This document shows positions 10,900-20,421 of a stretch of DNA of 20,421 nt, one piece after another. The notes under the pieces were generated by a model. It ran no database searches and was not told the origin of the DNA. It saw only the letters and a program-made list of their open reading frames with translations. Source of the stretch: Octopus sinensis (lineage: Eukaryota); the NCBI RefSeq assembly GCF_006345805.1, contig NW_021823949.1, forward strand, positions 1-20,421, in the 5' to 3' direction. The first letter of the stretch is position 1; the number at the start of each line of letters is the position of its first letter. Made by a program: the position numbers and the translations under genes.

Positions 10900-11284
10900 G
10901 ATGGAAGCACTCCGTCGGTTACGACGACGAGGGTTCCAGTTGATCCGAATCAACGGAACAGCCTGCTCGTGAAATTAACGTGTAAGTGGATGAGCACTCC
11001 ACAGACACGTGTACCCTTAACGTAGTTCTCGGGGATATTCAGCGTGACACAGAGAGTGACAAGGCTGGCCCTTTGAAATACAGGTACAACAGAAACAGGA
11101 AGTAAGAGTGAGAGAAAGTTGTGGTGAAAGAGTACAGCAGGGATCAACACCATCCCCTGCCGGAGCCTCGTGGAGCTTTAGGTGTTTTCGCTCAATAAAC
11201 ACTCACAACGCCCGGTCTGGGAATCGAAACCGCCATCCTATGACCGCGAGTCCGCTGCCTTAACCACTGGGCCATTGCGCCTCC
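10900..11284 (-). mobile_element. Full-length tRNA-derived SINE, family B
   Basis: Head GGAGGCGCAATGGCCCAGTGGTTAAGGCAGCGGACTCGCGGTC...GGTTTCGATTCCC has A and B boxes. (CCAT)n tail. Confidence 0.85.
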
Positions 11285-11944
11285 ACACACATATATACAC
11301 ATGATGAGAGAGAGACAATTACATTCAAGCCTACGTTCATGCACACATTGCCAGTTAGGAACGTAGGCTGTTTGATTTGCTAATTATCTCACTTGTCGCT
11401 TTATCTTTTCGATGTTAACGTGCTTATGTTTGCGTGTACGTTTATGTATTTGTGTAATTATGTCCGCATAATGTTTTATAAATGTGTGCTTAATACCTCT
11501 AGCGAACATCTATCACCTGTCATGCATCTCTGTCAATCACTTCTGTACTACACAGCCTACTTGATATGGTATGAGATCGATATTTTTGTTTAATGATTGG
11601 TTTTATATAGCGTAGTGAGGGCAGGAAGTATCGATAACCATTTTTGAGAAAGACAGATCAGTTGAAAGACAAAGTGTCATCTTCATTGTAAATGTTCCTA
11701 CTGATAGCCGTCGTAGGCCAAAGGTGAGGATTGTGTACGCATGCGCATATACATCGCGAAAAACTGCACACAGACACTACATACATACACATACAGTACA
11801 CAAACACATACACAAAGATTACCTTTGATTTATATGGTTTCATTTGTAAATGAGGTCAATAATTTTAGAATTTTAAAGTTAGATTATATAAAGGAGATTT
11901 TCCTATAATTTTGGGTATTTATATCAGAGAACAGAATAGGCAGC

Positions 11945-11947
11945 ATA

Positions 11948-11978
<31 letters not shown>

Positions 11979-12023
11979 AGAATAATAATAATAATGATGA
12001 TGATGATGATAATAATAATAATG

Positions 12024-12068
<45 letters not shown>
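11945..12068. repeat. (AAT)n/(GAT)n microsatellite
   Basis: Directly visible. Confidence 0.95.
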
Positions 12069-12390
12069 GCCATGTGCTGAAAGGAATTCTTTGGGGTTTG
12101 AATAATTCACCTCTGGAAACATGGGTTGTTCGTTCAACATCCTTAAACAACCCTTATTTAGGGAACTTTTGAGCGGGATGGGTTACTCGACCAGAAGAAA
12201 ATTCTAACTGAGCCCCCCTATCTGCAAGGTCATACGCTATTTATCTTGATATGAGATCACCATGTCGCGTACATATAGTTGTGATGCATGTGTCTAGTGT
12301 ACCCTTATCAGACGGGTAGTCATGATGGGTATACTGGGCTTTGTATATTTTACCCGTGTCACTTTGATGGCATGCACTGCTCTATCACTC
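12069..12390. mobile_element. Unclassified ~320-bp insert flanked on both sides by (AAT)n
   Basis: Sharp boundaries within AAT tracts, higher GC, no coding motif. Confidence 0.45.
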
Positions 12391-12439
<49 letters not shown>

Positions 12440-12441
<2 letters not shown>

Positions 12442-12652
12442 CCTGTGGAATACAATGATTCAGTGCGGTCTCCTGACCAGACATCGGAAGCCGGACATTG
12501 TTATGGTGAATAAAAAAGAAAGAGCATGCATGATAATCGACATAGCATGTCCCGGTAACAATAGGATCAAAGAGAAAGAAGGAAAAAATAAACAATTATT
12601 ATGGTTTGAAGTGGGAAATAAGAAGTTTGTGGTCAATGAGGAGAGTAGATGT
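12440..12652 (+). pseudogene. R4/Dong-like non-LTR retrotransposon RLE endonuclease fragment 1
   Basis: ILWNTMIQC..TRHRKPDIVMVNKKERACMIIDIACPGNNRIKEKE, frameshift, LKWEIRSLWSMRRVDV. PD..D motif present. Starts directly after (AAT)n. Confidence 0.88.
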
Positions 12653-13170
12653 GTCGATTCTATGGGACTTCCCCGTACATACCGACAAAACTATAAAAGC
12701 TAATAAACCGGATATTATTATAAAAGGTCAAACAAAAAGGGTGTGTCTATTAATTGACATGAGTATTCCTTGCGATCATAATATAGCGGCGAAAGATTTT
12801 GACAAGATCAGTAGATATAAAGACTTGCTAACAGAAATTGAAATAATGTCGCATCTCAAGGCGACTACAGTACCAGTGATTGTAGGATCTCAAGAAATTA
12901 TTTAAAAAAAGGTACTGAAACATATTTGATACCAGGCTTACCATCCCTACAGGAAGTGCAAAAAACCGTGTCAACTGGAACGGCTCATGTACTGAAAAGA
13001 GCATTATCGCTGTGAAAATAACATCCATTCATGAATTTATTTATTTGTTTATTTTTTAAATACATATTTTACCTGTGAATTTGTGTGTGTAATCTTGGAA
13101 TGCATACAATGAGCTTCTCTGTCCTAGGTGTACGGAAAACACTCATTTTGCCAGTTTAGCCAATAAAAAC
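12653..13170 (+). mobile_element. R4/Dong-like RLE endonuclease fragment 2 with stop (13015) and 3' UTR
   Basis: SILWDFPVHTDKTIKANKPDIIIK..CLLIDMSIP..KISRYKDL..VPVIVGS / PGLPSLQEVQKTVSTGTAHVLKRALSL*. Confidence 0.92.
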
Positions 13171-13242
13171 ACACGCACTATATATTTGGTGTTACTTTGC
13201 TTCAGTGTTATTTATTTTGTACATTAATCTTAATCTTATTTC

Positions 13243-13287
13243 GGCCAGAGTTCTTTCGTCACACTTCTGTGACCTCATCAGTGGTCC
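13243..13287 (-). ncRNA. Minimal type-I hammerhead ribozyme motif in the Penelope-like 3' tail
   Basis: GGACCA-CUGAUGA-G-GUCACA(GAAG)UGUGAC-GAAA-GAAC-UC-UGGCC: 6-bp stem II, CUC site, same strand as the GIY-YIG ORF. Confidence 0.85.
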
Positions 13288-13526
13288 TTTGCTTTCTTCT
13301 TCCTTATTTGTTTGTCGCTCCTTACTAACGGTCAGCCATTTTGTATTTTGTATTCCTATTGTATGTGTCTTCATTTGCGCATGCGTAGACCTCTATGTGT
13401 GTCTATGTTTAGTTAGTGTGTGTGTGGGGGGGGTAAGTGCCTGTAATATTTGTTTCTCCTGTTTATATACGTTGTGTGATTTGTTTTTGTTTTTGTTTAT
13501 TTTTATTTCGTTCCTGTGTTTACACC

Positions 13527-13544
13527 TACTTATTATTATTATTA

Positions 13545-13593
<49 letters not shown>

Positions 13594-13615
13594 TTGCTAT
13601 TTTTATTATTATTTT
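13527..13615. repeat. (TTA)n microsatellite
   Basis: Directly visible. Confidence 0.95.
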
Positions 13616-14729
13616 TAATGTATATAGTTATTTACTTCCATTTGTTTATTTATCTGTATATTTTATTGTTTTTAGTTTTGTTTATATTACCAGTTTATGG
13701 CAAATAAACAAAAACAAATAATAAACAAAAACAAAACAGCTCACAAATATATCTATCCTCATGGATTTTGAGGACTGAAAGTGCAGAGAATGTTCACCTT
13801 TAGGTCCACCTCAAATTTACGCCCATTTGATGTGAAATGTTCTGCAAGTTCCGTGGAACCACTGTTATTGTTCTTGACGTCGTGCCTATGTCCGTTAAAT
13901 GTTTTTGTAATCGCTCTGTTGTGCAACCAACATAAATCATTTTGTGTATAGTACATTCCGCTGCATACACCAAATGGGAATCCTTACAGGTCCCTCCTTC
14001 TGTGTAAATAATAACATTTCTGCTATAATTCTTGATAAAATTGGTCTTACTCATGTTATTGCACAACGAACAGGACTTACCTCTCTTATGGGTGTTTTGG
14101 CGGGAAGCAGCCGTCCGAAACTCCAATGGAATTTTTTATTAAAGATACCGGTCAGTATTTTTCTAATATTTCTGTTACGTCTAAAGGCTACAATAGGCGG
14201 AAGAGAAAATATTTGTCGGAAATGAGGATATTTTTCTGAAATATGTTGGTAACTGTGATGCAACACTTTTGAAATACCAGAGAAACTTCGGTGCCAGTTA
14301 ATCACTAAAGGAATTTGGCCATAAGCTCTTTTCTGACTGCTAGAATTAGATGTGAAAGTTTGATTATCTCTATTAATTTCAGTTATGTCATTCGCGATTT
14401 CCTTTAATCTTAATTCATTATAACTGCGCTTTACATAATGGGGCACAAAAGTATTTGAATGTTTCCAATAATCTCCAATATCTGTGCAAATCCTGGGACT
14501 TCGGATTTGATCTGGTTGTATGATGTGGATGATCAGAGCGGCGGTGGAGATAAATATGAAATGACATAGTTTTTACAAAATAACTCAGTCACTATTCTGC
14601 ATCCAGAAAACTTGACTTTTGTGTCCAAAAATTCGACGCAAGTTTTTGAAAAGATCGACGCTAATTTTTGAAAAGCACGTGATAAAAATAAAACTACTGA
14701 GTAATAATAATAACAATAATAGTAATGAT

Positions 14730-14868
14730 CTTTTCTACTCTAGGCACAAGGACCGAGAGGATGAAACTCAAAGTCGATCTCGGGGAAATTTGAACTCAGG
14801 ACATAGCGGCAGAAGAAATACCGCTAATTTCGCCCGGCGTGGTAACGATTCTTGCCAGCTCACCACTT
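14730..14868 (-). mobile_element. SINE family D, internally deleted, with tRNA-like head
   Basis: Minus strand GTGGTGAGCTGGCAAGAATCGTTACC...GAGTTCAAATTTCC (A- and B-box-like). Homologous to 5757-5878. Confidence 0.75.
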
Positions 14869-15223
14869 TGATGATGATGATGATGATGATGACGACGATT
14901 AAGATGTTTTCTTTTATTTGCCACGGGAGTATTAATGAGGGGAACACTACAAGAACAAACAGCTCATGGCAATATTTCTCATTATGATCACGATCATCAT
15001 CATCATCAGCAGCAGCTACAACAAAAGCGGCAGTAACAAGAACAACACGAATATGGAAACAATGGAGGCAATACTAGTGAGTCACGTACTGCTAAGCAGG
15101 TTGTCTCTTGAGAATTGGTTTCACCAAATCTTTAAACACTTTGATGTTTGCCGCCGTAGTTTCCACTGCTAATTAGCAACATTGAATGATAATATAAACA
15201 CACCCACACAGGCACAAATATAT

Positions 15224-15280
<57 letters not shown>

Positions 15281-15561
15281 TACACGCACATACACTTACG
15301 AATGTATGTATGTTAAACCGCAACTACTCACAAATTCACTGAGACATGTATATATGCGTACTTTTAGGTATACTCACTCTCACACATACACATACACACA
15401 CGCAGGCACACACACATATACACACTCACGTACATATCACATATATATACATGCGTGGGCGCACACGTACTCACACAAATTGTTTATCTACTCAATTACT
15501 TTCAACCAGGGGGTACGACCCTGCTGGGGCACGGCCACTATATATTTGTATGTATGTATGT

Positions 15562-15611
<50 letters not shown>

Positions 15612-15623
15612 TTATATTATATA

Positions 15624-15999
15624 CTAGCAGTATCGCCCGGCGTTGCTCAGGTTTGTAAGGGAAATAACTATAAAGCATTTTTAGAGAGTTATAGCCAAAA
15701 ATAGCAAAAAAATGGAAAAAAATGATGGTAAATTTTTTTTTTAGTTAAAAAAGGTGGAGTTGCGTCCCCTAGATAGTTTGCGGTTGTGTTTCTGATTCTC
15801 GACCCCATGTCGAATTTATCGATTTTTTTCAGAACTGGGGGAACTTTTCAAAATTTTCGCTGCGTTAGTTTTGAATTATGACATGGGCTATGTGTGTGTC
15901 AAGTTTCATCAGAATCGGTTGAAAGCCGTGGTCAGGGTGAGGGTACAAGCAAACAGACACCAGAAACACGCACAGACAACTGCCGTTTATATAGAGAGA
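15624..15999 (-). mobile_element. Non-autonomous Helitron (376 bp)
   Basis: Minus strand: A|TCTCTCTATATAAA start, subterminal GC-rich imperfect hairpin CCTGAGCAACGCCGGG (15636-15651), CTAG|T end, no TSD. Confidence 0.85.
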
Positions 16000-16040
16000 T
16001 ATATATAATATACACGCACACAACATATATAATTATATAT

Positions 16041-16161
16041 ATCACCGTGATCACCGTGACCCACCAGGCTATCAAATGTTGCTACACATTGCTGGTCACA
16101 ATGCGCTTCGCACTGTTTAGCCTTCAATGACGCCAACCCGCTGGCTAAGCGAGCAGGCCAA
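16041..16161 (-). other. Compact GC-rich structured island between microsatellites
   Basis: Several nested and pseudoknotted helices (see findings). Confidence 0.45.
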
Positions 16162-16211
16162 TACACACAACACACACACACACACAACATATATATATAT
16201 ATATATATATA

Positions 16212-16259
<48 letters not shown>

Positions 16260-16343
16260 TATATAATATATATGTATATGTATATGTATATGTATATATG
16301 TATATATATACCAAGACATATAAACAAAAGATGGAAAGTAGTT

Positions 16344-16434
16344 TACTCACTACAGCTGTTTCAGGCGCGTTTTTCATTGATGAATAATGTTATTACATCA
16401 TGTGAAGTAAAACACCGTTTTCATCAGGTGAATA
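16344..16434 (-). ncRNA. Type-I hammerhead motif with elongated stem II
   Basis: UAUUCAC-CUGAUGA-[58-nt irregular hairpin]-GAAA-C(AGCU)G-UA-GUGAGUA: 7-bp stem I, palindromic ACAGCUGU, GUA site. Confidence 0.72.
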
Positions 16435-16499
16435 TATGCACGTCTTAACCATTTACAAGCAAAAAAGATTCCAACCAAATCGAAGTATGTGCCATTTCA

Positions 16500-16600
16500 T
16501 GATTCCCTGCTGAACTTCTCTTGCCGAAGTTTCATACATGATGTAATAAATTTATTCATCAGTAAAAAAAAAAAGCAAGTCTGCAACAGCTGTAGTGCGT
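16500..16600 (+). ncRNA. Decayed inverted homologue of the 16344 hammerhead
   Basis: AUUCC-CUGCUGA-...acaugauguaauaaauuuauucauca...-GCAA-C(AGCU)G-UA-GUG, with two core mutations. Confidence 0.55.
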
Positions 16601-16984
16601 GAAGTGTTGTTCATCTGTTGCTATTAGTTTATTAGTCACATTACTTGGAACCTGCAATTGGCGTGGATCTGGAGTCAATTGAGTAAAGTACACTTACTGC
16701 AGTATTTGTTTCTAGATACAGTCTTGAAACTTGTGGTATATTTAGTCTGACGCTTGTAATCCTACATGTAAATGGAATATCAATCTCTTTACTTCGGTAC
16801 ATACATGTTCCTCTAATGTTGTTTTGTTGTTTTCTACATGATAGCGTTTTGTACATTGACCCGAACGTGATGCTTTATTATTTAAGGACTTGATGAGCTT
16901 GCATCCTGAAATTTTGTGTATGTGTGTGTGTTTGTATGTGTGCGTGTGTGTATGTGTGCGTGTGTGCGCGCGTGTATAGGTGTA

Positions 16985-17369
16985 CTGTTTTACTCTTTTA
17001 CTTGTTTCTGTCATTTGACTGCGGCCATGTTGGAGTACCGCCTTTTAGTCGAGCAAATCGACACCAGGACTTATTCTTCGTAAGCCAAGTACTTATTCTA
17101 TTGTTTTCTTTTGCCGAACCGCTAAATTACGGGGACGTAAACACAGCAGCATCGGTTGTCAAGCGATGTTGGGGGAACAAACACAAACATGTACACACAC
17201 ACACACACACACATTATATATACATATACATATATATGACACACTTCTTTCAGTTTCCGTCTACCACATCCACTCACAAGGCTTTGGTCGGCCCGAGGCT
17301 ATAGTATAAGACACTTGCCCGAGGCTATAGTAGAAGACACTTGCCCAAGGTACCACGCAGTAGGACTGA
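16985..17369 (-). mobile_element. SINE family A copy, truncated in the B box, with an internal 26-bp tandem duplication (17291-17342)
   Basis: Collinear with 5098-5503. Confidence 0.9.
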
Positions 17370-17384
17370 CACACACACACATAA

Positions 17385-17582
17385 CCACTGCTGTTTATGG
17401 TGGCTCTCTCGGATATGCCATCAGTGACACAGATAGTTACACTTACTAGCTATGCCGATGACACAAAAGTTGTACAAGCAATCAAGGAACCATCGGATGC
17501 TAATCTAGACGCCATATATACATGGGCTGAAGAAAGCAAGACACAATTTAGTGCAAGTCAATTCCAAGCATTTCGCTACGAG
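17385..17582 (+). pseudogene. CR1/L2-group LINE reverse transcriptase fragment
   Basis: PLLFMVALSDMP....TLTSYADDTKV...NLDAIYTWAEESKTQFSASQFQAFRY: YADD catalytic motif and W....(M).F motif. Confidence 0.88.
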
Positions 17583-18147
17583 CTAGCCTGTGCTCACATG
17601 CCGCAACAACACCTCGTTTCATGTACATATTACCATGATGGCGATGTGTAATCGAATGCCAGTCCATCGGGTTCAATACATACGGTTGATTTTATTAAAG
17701 ACAAAAATCAACCATGTGCATTTATACACAACAAAACCGGTTGTCATGCAGTGGTGGGGACAAATACACAAACAGATACATACACATGCTCTCATATACA
17801 CACACACATACACATGTATGTATATATATATTGTTGTGTTTTGGGAGATTTATAGTGCTTTCATATAAATCCGTGGTTCAATTTCCACTCATTTATTTAT
17901 TTATTCATTTATTTATTCCAGAAAGCTTTTTTCTTCGCTGCACTTGCGACCGATTTTAGAATAAATAAGTGTAAATTGAACCGGTGAGTGAATTATATTA
18001 AGGCATAATGACTCTCCCTCAACAACAAAATTTGTTTCAACACACGAATTCACATCAGGAATCTTGAAAACAAGATAAAAAATACGAAGTATATATATGT
18101 GTATATATACCCACCCACACACCCACAAACACACACACACATATATA

Positions 18148-18340
18148 CTTTTTCTTGCTTCAGTCATTTGATTTCGGCCATGCTGGAGCACCGCTTTTAG
18201 TCGAACAATTCGGCGTCAGGTCATATTTTTTATAAGCCTAGTCCGTATTCTATCGGTGCCTTTGCCGAACCGCTAATTTACGGGGATATAAACACTAACA
18301 TCGGTTGTCATGTGATGAAGAGGGAACAACATAGACACAC
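18148..18340 (-). mobile_element. 3' half of SINE family A
   Basis: cttcagtcatttgatttcggccatgctggagcaccgc...catcggttgtca. Confidence 0.85.
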
Positions 18341-18346
18341 AAATAT

Positions 18347-18396
<50 letters not shown>

Positions 18397-18407
18397 TATA
18401 TATATAT

Positions 18408-19087
<680 letters not shown>

Positions 19088-19316
19088 GGTTGTGTGGTGT
19101 CGCTTGTCCTCCACACCTCCACCGCTCATCATGCCTCGTACCAATCCCCTCTCCTCATTCACCATATCGATGACACTTGATTGTCAGCAGGCACGTGCCG
19201 CGACATGAAAAGACGCCGACAGGATAACGAAACAAGAGCAACAACAACATCCACAACCACAATGAACCAAAGTAATAGTAAAAACAATACCAGTCCGGAA
19301 GAATGCTATGGCGACT

Positions 19317-19501
19317 ATTCTTCTTCTTCTTCTTCTTCTTCTTCTTATTATTTATTATTATCTTATTATTATATTATATTATTATTATTAGATTATTATT
19401 ATTATTGTTGTTGTTGTGTTGTTGTTATTTTAATATTTATTATATTATTATTATATTATTATTATTATTATTGTTGTTGTTGTTGTTATTATTATTTTTA
19501 A

Positions 19502-19532
<31 letters not shown>

Positions 19533-19762
19533 ATTATCAACATTAGCGTTATCGTTGTTGTTTGTTGTTGTTGCTATGGTCGATGTTGTTAGTATCATCA
19601 TCATCATCATCCACATGATCATGATCATCATCACCATCATCGCCATCATCATCATCATCCTCACCATCATCATCATCATCATCACCGTCGTCGTCGTCGT
19701 CATCATCACCATCATCATCATCATTACCATTATCGTCATCATCATCATCTTCATCATCATCG

Positions 19763-19826
<64 letters not shown>

Positions 19827-19828
19827 CA

Positions 19829-19869
<41 letters not shown>

Positions 19870-19912
19870 TCATCATCACTGTCATCGTCTTTATCGCTGT
19901 TGTTGTTGTTGT
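19317..19912. repeat. Compound trinucleotide tracts (TTC)n, (TTA)n, (TTG)n, (CAT)n
   Basis: Directly visible. A further (CAT)n tract lies at 20222-20296. Confidence 0.95.
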
Positions 19913-20319
19913 GGCTCGTCTATTGTTTGTATTTCTCTATCGGTGATTTGCATATTTTTGTATATTGTTTTTTTTCTTTTTTTAACATGTTATTTATTTA
20001 CTTTTTTGGTAACTTAATTGGCCTCATTGAAGATTTCCGCAGTTGAGAGCTTTAATTAACGGACAGGAACTCTAATCAATGATGCCGCGCCTGTCCCCAA
20101 AGAAAGGCTGGTATTTCTGGTGTCACGGTTTCGATACTGTACACGTGCTCTCCCTTCACTAATACAAAAATCATTTAACGGAATACAGAGACAGGTTTAA
20201 ATATTTTATCATCATATTAACCATCATCATCATCATTATCATCATCATCATCATCAACATCGTCGTCATCGTCATCATCATCATCATCATCATCATCTAC
20301 CCGCTGATATTATTGTCTC

Positions 20320-20412
20320 AAGGCTAGGTACCCAGAGGGCTGGTTACTCGGTTTCCATGGCGTATAAGTGGCCGGGATCATAAAATAGCTGCTGGACGAG
20401 AAACCAGACTGT
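20320..20412 (-). mobile_element. Diverged fragment related to SINE family C
   Basis: Reverse complement ctggtttctcgtccag...tatacgccatggaaaccgagtaaccagccct matches 2792-2850. Confidence 0.55.
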
Positions 20413-20421
20413 TAAAAGTAA

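Larger units (their letters stand above)
13170..14640 (-). mobile_element. 5'-truncated, decayed Penelope-like element (coding remnant about 13759-14640, plus 3' tail with hammerhead)
   Basis: Frameshifted CVEFLDTKV..IVTELFCK / YLHRRSDHPHHTTRSNPKSQ / VKRSY..IPLVINWH..PPIVAFRRNRNIRKIL / CSLC..TCKDSHLVYAAECTIHKMIYVGCT / FNGHR..LAEHF = RT motif 7, thumb, Cys linker and GIY-YIG endonuclease. Confidence 0.92.

Noticed and set aside
11210-11284. tRNA gene calls for SINE heads (also 5430-5503, 10770-10844)
   Set aside because: A and B boxes are present, but there is no closed acceptor stem or proper cloverleaf, and they continue into SINE bodies.
12330-12365. 13-bp match (atattttacccgt) to the 8342 hammerhead, and a possible HDV-like fold
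   Set aside because: No CUGANGA or GAAA core, and I could not build the HDV double pseudoknot.
17291-17342. Link between the 26-bp SINE duplication and the 26-bp minisatellite
   Set aside because: The sequences are unrelated. The duplication is explained by flanking GCCC microhomology.

Overview
Eukaryotic, AT-rich, microsatellite-saturated non-genic DNA. The SINE families resemble those I know from cephalopods, probably Octopus (recognition, not verified). No intact host gene is supported, and almost every ORF in the track is a microsatellite or SINE artefact. The window is a mosaic of: several tRNA-headed SINE families; a 1.8-kb minisatellite of about 70 x 26 bp; an internally deleted mariner with TIRs and TA duplication; a non-autonomous Helitron; a decayed Penelope-like element (RT thumb + GIY-YIG); three restriction-like-endonuclease (R4/Dong-type) LINE ends; a CR1/L2-type RT fragment; and a probable Tx1/L1-type 3' end. 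The main hidden signal is RNA structure. At least 6 well-formed and 2-3 decayed minimal type-I hammerhead ribozyme motifs occur in about 5 different short repeat families. They include a 303-nt tandem, retrozyme-like dimer carrying a shared non-canonical core change (A6U) and a head-to-head inverted pair with an elongated stem II. All folds were done by eye and no activity is demonstrated.
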